A model generated the notes under the pieces. The model had not been told where the DNA came from. It was given only the letters and a program-made list of their open reading frames with translations, and made no database searches. Positions 1 to 13,379 of a stretch of DNA of 64,000 nucleotides are shown piece after piece. The position numbers and the translations under genes were made by a program. Within the stretch, counting starts at the first letter, position 1; each line of letters starts with the position of its first letter. Location: assembly GCA_013265495.1 (NCBI GenBank), contig MU058570.1, forward strand, positions 186,001 to 250,000, in the 5' to 3' direction. This DNA comes from Vicugna vicugna (Eukaryota).

Positions 1-925
1 CTTCGGACCTTGTTTCCTCTGCCCAGCCTCATGGTAACAAATCCAAAAGTGCATAAGCCGGAGGGTGCACAGGGAAGGAAGAGAGATCTCTGTGGGGCTT
101 ATTCTAGAAATAACACAGAAAGTGACCATACTTGGGCAGCAATCATTTTTAACAGACACACAACGTGGTTACTAACCTTCTGAAACGCACGAGGCGCTGT
201 AGGAGAGTGGCAGTGGGAGGGGCATCGGATGCCTTATGCATGGCCTCACATCCACTCGCCCTGGCCTCTGATTACAGGTGCAGCAAGAGTGCCCAGTTGC
301 CAGGGGTCAGCACCTCCGGGCAGGGCCACACCTGCCCTGGAGCTGCTCTTACCTCCCCGGGGTGGGGGGCTGTGGGAAACCACCTCACACGGCTGTACAC
401 ACAATCCTCATGGGTGAGGGTTATGGCCCCACGGGGCACCCCAACCCCAGTGGCCCACAGTGTGACCAGCTCAGTGATGAGGACGCATCTGGGGATGGCT
501 TTCCCTCCTCACCTCATGCCGCCCTTCCCCTCACTGCTGATCCCCAGAACCCTTGTCAAGTTCATGACCAGCAAATAAGTTTTGTCTCAGCTCCACTTTC
601 AGGGAGCAAAACCTAGGCAGGAGGTCGTCTGAGGTACCTGCTGCAGAAGGCGATTTTGAAGTGGCTGTTTTGGACCATTATTCCAGTTATGTTCATTAGC
701 AGAGACTCACCCTCCACCTTTCAGCTAGTCCCTCAGGACCATGGCTCTCTGTCTCTGCCCCGGCACCTCCCCCAGGCACATGCCCCGCCCTGAGACAGTG
801 CTCATGGCTCAAACTGAGAACAACACACCAAGCAGGGACCCTGAGCCACTGGAAATGGAGGGTTCCCTACAGGGGGAAAGGGGGCATCAAACAGATGCAG
901 AATTCTGTTTTGGGAGACTTCAGTC

Positions 926-3000
926 TTTTTTTTTTAAATACATTTTTATTGAAGTATAGTCAGTTTACAATCTTGTGTCAGTTTCTGGTGTACACCATAA
1001 TGCTTCAGTCATACATGAACATGCACATAATTCATTTTCATATTGTTTCTCACCATAAGTTACTACAAGATACTGAATATGGTTCCCTGTGCTATACAGT
1101 AAAAACTTACTGTTTATCTATTTTATTTTATTATTTATTTACAGTAGTATCTGCAAATCTCAAACTCCCAATTTATCCCTTCCCACCCCCTTCCCCCCAG
1201 TAACTATAAGTTTGTTTTCTATGTCTATGAGTCTGTCTCTGTTCTGTTAGTAAGTTCGTTTGTCGCTCTTTTTTTTTTTTTAGNNNNNNNNNNNNNNNNN
1301 NNNNNNNNNNNNNNNNNNNNNNNNNNNNNNNNNNNNNNNNNNNNNNNNNNNNNNNNNNNNNNNNNNNNNNNNNNNNNNNNNNNNNNNNNNNNNNNNNNNN
1401 NNNNNNNNNNNNNNNNNNNNNNNNNNNNNNNNNNNNNNNNNNNNNNNNNNNNNNNNNNNNNNNNNNNNNNNNNNNNNNNNNNNNNNNNNNNNNNNNNNNN
1501 NNNNNNNNNNNNNNNNNNNNNNNNNNNNNNNNNNNNNNNNNNNNNNNNNNNNNNNNNNNNNNNNNNNNNNNNNNNNNNNNNNNNNNNNNNNNNNNNNNNN
1601 NNNNNNNNNNNNNNNNNNNNNNNNNNNNNNNNNNNNNNNNNNNNNNNNNNNNNNNNNNNNNNNNNNNNNNNNNNNNNNNNNNNNNNNNNNNNNNNNNNNN
1701 NNNNNNNNNNNNNNNNNNNNNNNNNNNNNNNNNNNNNNNNNNNNNNNNNNGTCTCTGTTTTGTAAGTAAGTTCGTTTGTCGCTCTTTTTTTTTTTTTAGA
1801 TTCCACGTATAAGTGATATCATATGGTATTTTTCTTTCTCTTTCTGGCTTACTTCACTTAGAAGAACATTCCCCAGGTCCATCCATGTTGCTGCAAATGG
1901 CATTATTTTATTATTTTTTGTGGCTGAGTAGTATTCCATTGTATAAATATACCACATCTTCTTTATCCAGTCATCTGTTGATGGACATTTAGGCTGTTTC
2001 CATGTCTTGGCTATTGAAGAAAGTGCTGCTATGGACACTGGGGTGCAGATGTCTTTTTGAATTAAGTTTCCTTCTGCATATATGCCCAGGAGTGGGATTA
2101 TTGGGTCATATGGTAAGTCTATTTTTAATCTTTTGAAGAATCTCCATACTGTTATCCATAACAGCCACACCAGCAGTGTAGGAAGGTTCCCTTTTCTCCA
2201 CACCCTCTCCAGCATTTATCATTTGTGGACTTTTGAATGATGGCCATTCTGACTCATGTGAGGTGATATGTCATTGTAGTTTTGATTTGCACTTCTCTGA
2301 TAATTAGGGATATTGAGCATTTTTTCATGTGCCTATTGATCATTCATATGTCTTCATTGGAGAATTGCTTGTTTGGGTCTCCTGCCCATTTTTGGATTGG
2401 GTGGTTTGTTTTTCTTATTAAGTTGTATGAGTTGTTTATATATTCTGGAGATTAAGCCTTTGTCAGTTGCATCATGTGCAAATATTTTCTCCCATTCCCT
2501 AGGTTGTCTTTTTGTTTACTTATGGTTTCCTTTGCTGTGTAAAAGCTTGTAAGTTTAATTAGGTCCCATTTGTTTATTCTTGCTTTTATTTGTGTTGCCT
2601 GGGTAGACTGCCCTAGGAGAACAGTGCTGAGATGTATGTCAGATAATGTTCTGCATGTTTTCTTCTAAGAGGTTTATAGTGTCTTGTCCTATGTTCAAAT
2701 CTTTAAGCCATTTTGAGTTTATTTTTGTGTATGCTATGAGGAAGTATTCTAACCTCATTGATTTCCATGCTGCTGCCCAGTTTTCCCAACCCCATTTGCT
2801 GAAGAGACTGTCTTTACTCCATTGTATGTTCTTGCCTACTTTGTCAAAGATTAATTGACCGAAAGTTTGTGGGTTTATTTCTGGGCTCTCTATTCTGTTC
2901 CATTGATCAGTGTCTGTTTTTGTATCAATACCATGCTGTTTTGATTACTGTAGCTCTGTAGTACTGTCTGAAGTCTGGGCAGGTTATTCCTCCAGCTTCA
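926..3000 (-). mobile_element. 5'-truncated L1 (3' UTR + ORF2 C-terminus), spans assembly gap
   Basis: Poly-T start. Minus-strand ORF 1796-2215 reads ..DLPYDPIIPLLGIY..AKTWKQPKCPSTDDWIKKMWYIYTMEYYSA.., which is the L1 ORF2 C-terminus. Confidence 0.93.
1284..1750. other. Assembly gap (N run)
   Basis: Run of n characters. Confidence 1.
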
Positions 3001-5504
3001 TAAGTCTTTCTTACTGCCATAACTTTCCCTTCCTTTGTCTGTCTCTTGGATCAGCATCAAGTTTTGGGTTCCAAGGACCGATGCTGGCTAAGTTAAGCAG
3101 AAAAGAAAGTCATTGGCAAGAAAGACAAAAAATCAGATTTGGAGGCTCCATAGCCAGGAGCAGTACCCCAAATAACATCACAGAACTGGTCCCCTGAAGG
3201 ACATGCCAGTGGCAATGTGGACAACCACTCAGCAGACCCTGGATTTTGCCATCACTGGCACTGGAAAAGACTTGGCTGGGTCTCCCCTGGCGTCTCCCCA
3301 CAGTGCTTTAGCTGGACCTGGAGGCTTTGCTTGTCCCAGGGCCGTAGACCTCCAATAACTGGCTATCATTCTACAAAAACAAAATAGACATCAGAATGGG
3401 CAACAAGATGAAGGGGACCCATTTGACCACTTTCAAAGATGACATCTCATGTTACCGCGTGGTTTCTAACTAAGTTTGGTGGGACTTTGATGCTACATTC
3501 CCTCATTTAATCAAAATTGCCACTTGGACCTATTTTGTACATTGGGGTTCTTATAATTTTGTCTTGAGAGTAAGTTCAGAACCACTTCCCTGTGGAAATA
3601 AGCATCTTCAATTGTGAAGAGGCCTTGGAATGATTGCCTATAGGAGGAGGCTTCTAAAAACGTCTTTCCAGGTGTGTGATCTGACTGTGGAGGGAAGTGG
3701 CATCTCTGGAAAAACCCCTGATAAGTTCTTACTGAAAGTGACACTTGAGACAGCCTCTGGCTCTGGCAGCATGGCTAAGCCTCATGCTAACCGGATACCA
3801 GCTCCCACACTTTAAAGTGCTCATGGTAACTTGAAAGAAACAGATGGCAGACACCACGCCTGGGGACTGAAGGAAATTGACTAGCTGTTGTAAAGGAAAT
3901 TGGCTAGCTGTTGTACAGAATCAGACTTTCAGAGCCTCATGATCTTAGGCTTACTCTAGTGACACAAAATCTTTCTGTTTCTCTTCAAGCCCAAGACAGA
4001 GATAACTTTTCCCCAGATTTTTGGGAGTGATGCTGAGTGGAACAAAGTTCTGACAAGGCCAATGTGTATGTCATGGGTTGGACTCTATGGAAAGCTGGTG
4101 GCCCATATTCCCCTACCCACAGGTGTTCAAATCCATCCACAGGGCCAGGGAAGAGCTGTCTCCACACCACTCCCAGCTCCTGCTTTGGTTGACTTTATCT
4201 CCACTCCTCCTTGCCCACCCAAACCTCTTCCTCTTCCTACAGTTAGGAAGCCAAAGCTCCTCCCTGCCAGCGGATCAGCCCAGCTCAGCCCATCCAATCA
4301 CCCGACACCGGGCATTTACTTTGACCTTTTAAACGCTTGACAAAGGCCACTCCTCACGAGCTGCCCTTGCTCCGATTCCACAAGCTCACATCAAGTACTT
4401 CTCAGCTTTCCTGCTTCCAGCTAAGAGTTTAAAATCAAGCTCAGTCCTGTGTGAGTGGATGCCTTGCCACAAGGTTACCATGAGCAGTCATCAGAGTGAA
4501 GGTGATGTGAATGTACCTTCTTGAGAGGAAGCTCTGTGCTAATTTAGAGGAGTCTTCTTAAGTCTCAGGATCTAAAGTGATTTTGTTTCTGATTGTAAAC
4601 TTTTCCAGTGGAAACAGTTAGCAGGGGCGGCACTGCCTACAACCCGTGACTCGGGGAGGACACTCGCACTGTTTTGGAATTTTGGAAGTACCCTCCTGTG
4701 GGATGTGTCTCAAGGCAGAAGATGTAGGTACTAGAAGAGGGGCCACTGGAAATCTCTCCAGAGAGGGTTGGATTCCAGGCTCCCTGACCCCAACCTCTCT
4801 CCTGGGTTCTAGGGTCTCCAGTTTGGGTCCACCAGCTTCATAGACCATGGAGAACAAATGTCAGGAGACAAAGTCTTGGGTTAACCCTTTGATGTTCCAG
4901 TTTAATCATTTCTGGCTTGTCATCACAGTGAGTGTAGAGCTAAGAGATTAATGGCTACTTTAAAAATCAGCAAGTGCCATAATACTTAGTTCCCAGTGAC
5001 AAGGGGACAGATGCTAAGACTCTGGGCAATTGAAAAAAAAAGCAGCAAATGTTCCCCTTTTGTGTTAAAAAAGAAAAAAGAGTGGGAGGGGAGAAGTGAC
5101 TAGCAAAGATTTGCTGCTCTTAAAAATCAGTCTTTACCTTGAATCACCCAGAGCGTGTTTCTGGGCTGCCCGCCTGTGGGGCTTTGGCTTAAAGCTGGCC
5201 TGGGAACTCTTGGTTCCTGCACTGGTGTAAGCCGTGAAGGCAAGCATCCCTCTGCTGACATGCAGTTCCTGTACAAGATTTGTTCTGTCACACCCAGGAG
5301 TGCCTGGTACAGAGCGTGTCTCAGCATCCCTCCCCGACTCTCTGCCTCATCCTCTTCTCTCCCCTGCGTCAGCTTCTCTGGCAGACGGTCAGTGGCATCA
5401 CGTGGGCAGAGAAAGGACAACTCTTCTGTACTTGGCTGCTGGCCCGTCAGCCAGTGCCTAATGTACTAGGTTCAGCACCCACTTTACCTAGTGGGGTGTG
5501 GCTA

Positions 5505-6070
5505 TTATCAGTCATCTATTGTTGTGTAACGGATTACCCCCAAACCTAACAGGTTAAAACACTAAATGTTATCTCACAATTTTGAAGGGTCGTAACCTGG
5601 GAGCGGCTTAGCCTAAGGGTTCTGGTTCAGCATCTCTCAGGAGGTTGCCATCAAGCTCCCACCTGGGGCTGCAATCACCTCGAAGACTGAATGAGGGTGG
5701 AGAATCGGCCTTCAAGTTCACGCACATGGTCATGGGCAGCCTCAGTTACTTGCAGTCTGTTGGATCGAGGACCACAGTTCTCCTCTGGCTGTTGTCCAGA
5801 GGCTTCAGTTCTTTACAACTCGGGCCTTTCCTGGAACCGTTCACAACGTGACAGCTCACATCTCCCAGAGAGAGTGATGCAGGGTGAGTGGGAAGAGAGC
5901 GAGCGCTCAAGACAGAGCTGATCCTCAAAGTGATAGGTCATCTCTTCTGACGTGAAATATTGGTCTCACACCAACCAGTCCCCGTGCAGTGAGGGAGGGT
6001 CCAGCCAGGGTGTGAATGCTGAGGGGTTGGGGATCATTTAGGAGCCGTCTTAGAGACTGTTCGCCTGTGA
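5505..6070. mobile_element. MaLR LTR (MLT1-type), old
   Basis: Typical MLT1 motifs: tctattgttgtgtaac..ttacccc..aaacctaa..tatctcaca..ctgggagcggcttagc and gggtgtgaat..ggggatcatt. Confidence 0.7.
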
Positions 6071-6939
6071 CCGTCCGCAGAGGAGCTCAGACTCAAGTCC
6101 AGCTATTCCTCCTGGCCTTTTCACCTGTACCTTTAACCCCTCTGTAGGGGAGCTGGTTTGAATCTCAGTCCTCAAACCCAGGTATATAAAAAGTAACTTT
6201 GATTTTGAGCCTCCACTTTACTGAGTCTCAGGAAACTGTATCCTCCCTTTTTCTCAGGGGAGTCACGGCATTGGGCAGAATCTCTCTGGTTATGAAGCAT
6301 TTTCCTGGAAGCTCTCTGCTGCATCCAGACTGTAGCTGGGACTCCACCTGGGCAGCCGTGTTGAATAGCACCTGCCTGGAGGTACCACATCCCCTTTCTG
6401 GGCTCCATCCCAGGCAGTTCTTCCTGCCTTGTTATGAATGGCCTCTGTCATGGGACTGCCAGACCTCTGCTTGTTTTTACGTCCACAGCCCAGGGAAAGC
6501 TCTTTCTAGGATAGTCCCTTCATTTCGTGAGCCAAACCCCTTTCTTGAGAATTCTGCCCTAGATGCAAGAGGTACAGACTTTGGAAACACGCCCTGTGGA
6601 GTCCCATGTTGCTCGTGACTTCTGCTTTGAGGCAATGAGCACAGAGCTGCCTGTAGTTTTGAAAGGTGAAAATCCAGATAGGAAAAGGAAGACAGGATAT
6701 CTTGCTGCCCCAGCATGCTCCCTGTCTTTCAGTCCCAGTGTGTTGTCCATCCTGCCTCCCTGCCTCTGCTGTCCGTGCCAAAGTCTGGCGGGCTTACTAT
6801 GCACACCTGCCTGCAGCTCTGTCTGAGTCGTGTTCTTCAGTCTTAAGACTTGTTTCCTTTCTGACCCCTTCCCTGATCTCAGGCTTGGGGGTCATCATTC
6901 TTCATTTTGCATTTATAGTGCTACCTTCATCTCATTCAT

Positions 6940-9515
6940 TTTTTTCCCTTAATTTTATTTTATTGCATTATAGTCAGTTTACAATGTTGTGTCAATTTCC
7001 AGTGTAGAGCACAATTTTTCATTATACATGAACATACATATATTCATTGTCACATTCTTTTTCACCATAAGCTACCACAAGATCTTGTATATATTTCCTT
7101 GTGCTATACAGTATAATCTTGTTTATCTATTCTGCATATACCTGTCAGTATCTACAAATTTCGAACTCCCAGTCTGTCTCTCCCCAACCCCCTCCCCCCA
7201 GCAACCACAAGTTTGTATTCTATGTCTATGAGTCTGTTTCTGTTTTGTATTTATGTTCATTTGTCTCTTTCTTTTTTTTTTTTTTTTNNNNNNNNNNNNN
7301 NNNNNNNNNNNNNNNNNNNNNNNNNNNNNNNNNNNNNNNNNNNNNNNNNNNNNNNNNNNNNNNNNNNNNNNNNNNNNNNNNNNNNNNNNNNNNNNNNNNN
7401 NNNNNNNNNNNNNNNNNNNNNNNNNNNNNNNNNNNNNNNNNNNNNNNNNNNNNNNNNNNNNNNNNNNNNNNNNNNNNNNNNNNNNNNNNNNNNNNNNNNN
7501 NNNNNNNNNNNNNNNNNNNNNNNNNNNNNNNNNNNNNNNNNNNNNNNNNNNNNNNNNNNNNNNNNNNNNNNNNNNNNNNNNNNNNNNNNNNNNNNNNNNN
7601 NNNNNNNNNNNNNNNNNNNNNNNNNNNNNNNNNNNNNNNNNNNNNNNNNNNNNNNNNNNNNNNNNNNNNNNNNNNNNNNNNNNNNNNNNNNNNNNNNNNN
7701 TCTGATAATTAGCGATGTTGAGCATTTTTTCATGTGCCTATTGATCATTCATATGTCTTCATTGGAGAATTGCTTGTTTGGGTCTCCTGCCCATTTTTGG
7801 ATTGGGTGGTTTGTTTTTTTCTTATTCAGTTGTATGAGCTGTTTATATATTCTGGAGATTAAGCCCTTGACAGTCACATCTTTTGCAAATATTTTCTGCC
7901 ATTATGCAGGTTGTCTTTTTGTTTTGCTTATCGTTTCCTTTACTGTGGTAAAGCTTATAAGTTTAATTAGGTCTCATTTGTTTAATTTTGCTCTTACTTC
8001 TATTGCCTGGGTAGACTGCCCTAGGAGAATATTGCTAAGATTTATGTCAGATAATGTTTTGCCTGTGTTTTCTTCTAAGAGGTTTATAGTGTCTTGTCTT
8101 ATGTTTAAGTCTTTAAGTCATTTTGAGCTCATTTTTGTGTAAAGTGTGAGGGAGTGCTCTAACTTCATTGATTTACATGCAGCTGTCTAGTTTTCCCAAC
8201 CCCATTTGCTGAAGAGACTGTCTTTACTCCACTACATATTTTTGCCTACTTTGTCAAAGATTAATTGACCAAAAGTTTGTGGGTTTCTGGGCTCTCTGTT
8301 CTGTTCCATTGATCTGTATGTCTGTTTTTGTACCAATAGCATGCTGTTTTGATCACTGTAGCTCTGTAGTATTGTCTGAAGTCTGGGAGGGGTTATTCTT
8401 CCAGCTTCATTCTTTTTCTTCAGTAATGCTTTGGCAATTCTAGGTCTTTTGTGATTCCATACAAATTTTATCATGATTTGTTCTAGTTCATTGAAATATA
8501 TCCTGGGTAATTTGATAGGGGTCGCATAAAATCGGTAGATTGTCTTGGGCAGTGTGACCATTTTAACAATATTGATTCTTCTAATCTAGGAGCATGGATG
8601 ATATCTTTCCACTTTTTAAAGTCTTTAATTTCCTTAATCAATGTTTTATAGTTCTCCATGTATAAGTCTTTCACCTCCTTGGTTAGATTTATTCCTAGGT
8701 ATTTTATTACTTTGGGTGCTATTTTCAAGGGGATTGTTTCTTTACTGTTTCTTTACTTTCTTTTCTGGTTGATTCATCGTTAGTGTAAAGAAATGCAACT
8801 TATTTTCGTACGTTAATCTAGTAACCTGCTACCTTGCTGAATTCTTCAATTAGTTCTAGTAGTTTTTGTGTGGAACTTTAAGGGTTTTCTATATATAGTA
8901 CCATGCCATCTGCATATAGTTACAATTTTGCCTCTTCTTTTCCAATTTGGATCCCTTTTATTTATCTCTCCTGCCTGATACTGTGGCTAGGACTTCCAAG
9001 ACTATGTTAAATAGGAGTGGTGAGAGTGGGTAGCCTTGTCTTGTCCCAGATTTTAGTGGAAAGTTTTTGAGTTTTTCACTGTTGAGTACTATACTGGCTG
9101 TAGGTTTGTCATATATAGCTTTTATTATTTTGAGATATGTTCCCTCTATACCCACTTTGGTGAGAGTTTTTATCATAAAAGGGTGTTGAATTTTATCAAA
9201 TGCTTTTTCTGCATCTATTGAGCTGATCATGTGGTTTTGTCCTTTCTCTTGTTGATGTGATGTATTACATTGATTGATTTGCATGTGTTGAACCATCCTT
9301 GTGTCCCTGGGATGAACCCCACTTGATCATGGTGTATAATCTTTTTTATGTGCTGTTGAATTCTAAATGCTAATATTTCGGTAAAGATTTTTGCATCTAT
9401 GTTCATCAGTGATATTGGTCTGTAATTCTCTTTTTTGGTAGTTGCCTGGTTTTGGTATCAGGGTGATTGTGGCTTCATAGAATGAGTTTGAAAATATTCC
9501 CTCCATTTCAATCTC
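6940..9515 (-). mobile_element. 5'-truncated L1 (3' UTR + ORF2 RT region), spans gap
   Basis: Minus-strand ORFs with L1 ORF2 motifs: [57 protein letters not shown]. Confidence 0.95.
7288..7700. other. Assembly gap (N run)
   Basis: Run of n characters. Confidence 1.
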
Positions 9516-9529
9516 CTTTTTCTTTTAAT

Positions 9530-10460
9530 ACTTTATTTTTTTTAATTTTTTAAAATTTGTGGTATAGTGAGTTTACAGTGTGTCAATTTCTGGTGTACAG
9601 TGTAATGTTTCAGTCATATACTATATATATTCATTTTCATATTCTTTTTCATTAAGATATTGAATATAGTTCCTTGTGCTATACAGTAGAAACTTGTTTA
9701 TTTATTTTACATATAGTAGTTAGTATCTGCAAATCTAGAACTCCCAATTATCCCTTGGCACCCTATTTCCTCGCTGGTAACCATAAGTTTTCTATGTATG
9801 CGAGTCTGTTTCTGTTTTGTAAATAAGTTCATTTGTCTTTTTGTTTGTTTGTTTAGATTCCATACATAAGTGATATCATGTGGTATTTTTCTTTCTCTTT
9901 CTGACTTACTTCACTTAGAATGACAGTCTCCGGAGGAGGGAATAGCTCAAGTGGTAGAGTGCATGCCTAGCATGCATGAGGTCCTGGGTTCAATTCCGAG
10001 TACCTCCGGGAAAAAAATAAATCAGTAAACCTAATTGCCTCCCCCTGCAAAAAATTAAAAGAAAAAAAGAATTTACTAGAACTAATAAACAGATTTAGCA
10101 GAACACATATTCAATACCTTGTGATAAGTTGTAATGGAAAAGAATCTGAAAAAAGAATGACAATCTCCATGTCCATCCACGTTGCTGGAAATGGCATTAT
10201 TTAATTTTTTATGGCTGAGCAGTATTCCATTATATAAATACATCACATCTTCTTTATCCAGTCATCTGTTAATGGACATTTAGGTTGCTTCCATGTCTTG
10301 GCTATCGTAAATATTGCTGCTATGAACATTGGGGTGTGTGTGTCTGTTTGAATTAAGGTTCCCTCTGGATATATGCCCAGGAGTGGGGTTGCTGGATCAC
10401 ATAGTACTCTATTTTTCATTTTTTGAGGAATCTCCATACTGTTTTCCATAGTGGCTGCAT
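9530..10460 (-). mobile_element. L1 3' end, interrupted by a SINE composite
   Basis: T-rich tail, L1 3' UTR and ORF2 C-terminus (DPATPLLGIYP..AKTWKQPKCP). Confidence 0.9.
9932..10153 (+). mobile_element. tRNA-derived SINE (Vic-1-like) with L1-derived 3' extension
   Basis: A box (tagctcaagtggtagag) and B box (ggttcaattcc). TSD agaatgaca(g/a)tctcc at 9917-9931 and 10154-10168. Confidence 0.88.
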
Positions 10461-13379
10461 TTTATCTCATTACTTACCCACTGTCCCTTTCTGTCTGTCA
10501 ATTCAGAGATTACAAATTGGCAATCAGTTTGCTGAATCTGTCCCAAAGATGTAGTTTGATCCACACCACTTTTGTTTTTAATTGGAATGAATTGCCAATA
10601 GTTAAAAACAGAGGAATTTCACATAAATTTGGCTTCTGGCTTGCACTGAAAAATCCTAACTGGTATTCCCAGACTCAGTTTCCCACGGGGTCATAATCAG
10701 GCAGTGCTGAGCAGGAGCTGTCCCCATAGATGGTTCCCACTCCCTCCAGTCTGCTTCTGCCCACTTCACTCTTACTTATTACCTGCTAGACCTGTGTTTG
10801 TGACCCTGCTCTGGTTTCATGTGTAGTTATCTCACCCGTCACAGGCTGATGGTCCAGGATGCTCGTCTCTATTTAATGATCGCCCAGCATGGATACATGC
10901 AGAGGAATGTTAAAACCATGTCATCTACATACTATTAGGAAGGGCCTTACTGTGCAATAGGCACCGTCAGCTAATTTCACCCAGAATCCAAGGGCTGCTG
11001 AGTAAGCAAAGTCTTCTGTGTGGTAGACAATTCCTGATTTATAATTGGTGTATAGCTAATAATCCTAGGCAGCAATTTGCCTTGTTTGTCTTGATATATA
11101 CATTTTGTAATTCATTTACAGTAGCAGCTGAAGAGATCTTTATTAGTTGGAAATGCTTGTTCTTTCTACTAGAAGCTCAATTTACTCTCCAATATAGGTC
11201 TGATTTACAGAAGTAAGTGCAATGACCTTGGGGCAAGAGTGTGTGGGTGGCAAAGAAAGCATGAGGTGGGGGGTGGGGGGAGATGAGGCCAGAAGTCTCA
11301 TCGGAGGATGGCATGTGGCAGCAGCTGATAGCATGTGGTCAGGTTCTGAGTTTGCCAAAGGATGGGCATTTGCATTAGCTCGATCTGACAGCAGTCCCTA
11401 ATCCATTCTGCATGATGGGGCTGAACAGGGCTCAGAGCTCACCTTTGACAACACTCCCAGGAGAAGATGCAAACATGTCTTTGATTTTTCCTGTCACCAT
11501 TGTGCAAAGCCTGTGATCTGAGGCCTCAGGAAGCTCAGCAACTTGCCCACGGTCATACTCAGCCATGCCCTGCTTTGACCCTTAGCATCTCAAATGCAGA
11601 ATTTCTGGATTCTCTTGGGATGATCTTTGCCCCAGAGCACTGTGAGAGAAACACGGCAGCTCTGGGAGTGAAGGAAGTCCTTCCCTGTCCCTTGCTGGCT
11701 CTTCAAACGAAGAGGCAATTATACAATAACCCATTTTCTTAATTCCTTCTGCCTGGTTCTTTCTGAGCCTTCTGGCTTCTGCTTGTGACATCCATCTCTC
11801 TGTCTCGAAAGTCTCCCCAGTAGAGCCGGTTTGACTTGGGAGGCTGTTTTGCAAAAATTGAGAGGCTGCTTTGACATGGCTTCAAGGAACATGCCATGAG
11901 CTTCCGCAGCCACGGTGGCCTCATTCAACCCTGGGATACAACAAATGCTCCAAATAGGGCCACCCACACCCAGCGTTGCACAGCCACCCAGCAAGCTGCC
12001 ATTTAATCTCAATTGCTCCCCACAGAGCGGGCCAATTAAAGGGGAAACCAGCAGGGCAGGGAGCACTGGCAAATCTTTTGAGAGTAGGAGACCCCAGGGC
12101 TGCCTTGCCAGAGGCTCTCCCACTCCATTCACATGCAGTGTGAGAATGCAAACCATGAGGCTGCAGGTTGGATGGGCTGCCCCAGAAATGGGAGCCGAGA
12201 TGCAGTACAGATGGCAGCGAGAGTGGCAGTGACACAGAATAGTATCCCTGGGGCTCGAAACTTCTAAAATGAAATTTATGGTTCTGGCCCACCTTCTTTC
12301 CGGAGGAAACCTGCTCCAGCAGCTTTGGGAACAGCCTCTTATTATCAACTTCTGTGTAGGGATCAGATTTTTGCTGCTAACTAGTGCTTGGTGTGAAAGA
12401 AAAGCTATTTTGAGGTGGGAGGAGTTCTCAACCTTTTCCTCGTTGCATTTTGTGTCCTGATTAATTTCTCTTTAATCCTTTATTTCTAAGTCTCCTTTTT
12501 TCCCACAATCCCTCCTCCGCTAGCTCCTTTTCTACCCTACTCTCCTCTCTAAAGAGGCTTCCCAGTCTAAGCCGGAATTTACCAGGCTTACCTTCCCGTC
12601 AGGGTCACCTGGGGCCCCCAAATAATTATGCTTGGGCCACTTGCCCAAGCACTTAGGTCAGAATCTCTAGCATAGAGTTATAAATTCCTCAGCTGATTCT
12701 AGTATCCTGCCAAGATGCAGACATGGAATATGGAAATGATGTTAAAAAATACAGTAGATTTCACTGTCCTGATCCACCGGGGTTAGCTTAATGTCCGCAC
12801 TTGAGTTTCTAGAATCGGGATTTAGTCCCAAAGATAAGTTGTGAGGAATCAGACTGTTTCATAGCTGTTACCCTATTATACAAATGATACATGTTCCTTG
12901 AAGATGATTTAGAAAATGGAGACCAAAAAGTCTATCATCTAGCCACTCAGTACCACCATTAGTATTGTTATGTACATTTTGGTGTTACTCTTATTTTTAC
13001 GCACATGTGTAGAGAACTTTCTCAATAAAAGTAAGCTCACTTTATATAGAGCCTCATAACTCTTTTCTCTTAATATCATGAATCTCTTTCCATGTGAGCA
13101 AATACATTGGAGAGCACCATTTTAATTGATGGCATGGTATTTAATCAGTCTCCTATTAATGGATCTTTGGTTACTATTTTGGTTACTATTTTGTGCTTTT
13201 ATGATAAACACCACGATGTCCACTCTGTTAGGTAAATTTTTGCCCACATCATGGTGTTTGTCTCATCTTTTCTCTATACTCATTCACTGGGTCATCTTGT
13301 CCAGTCTCATGCCTTGCCTTATGCCCCAAATACTAACATGCCAACACTGATGTGCATTTCAAGTCACTTTTGATTAAAA

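Noticed and set aside
3578..3671. FPVEISIFNCEEALE*LP as a dynein tail exon
   Set aside because: Suggestive, but isolated 14 kb upstream in a poorly conserved part of the protein; I cannot support it by eye.
1225..8142. Long ORFs of 150-309 aa in the ORF track around 1.2-1.8 kb and 7.1-8.1 kb
   Set aside because: They are open only because they run through N gaps, and the flanks are L1 sequence.
11719..12348. 209-aa minus-strand ORF
   Set aside because: No recognisable domain, composition looks like non-coding translation, and there is no splice or promoter support.
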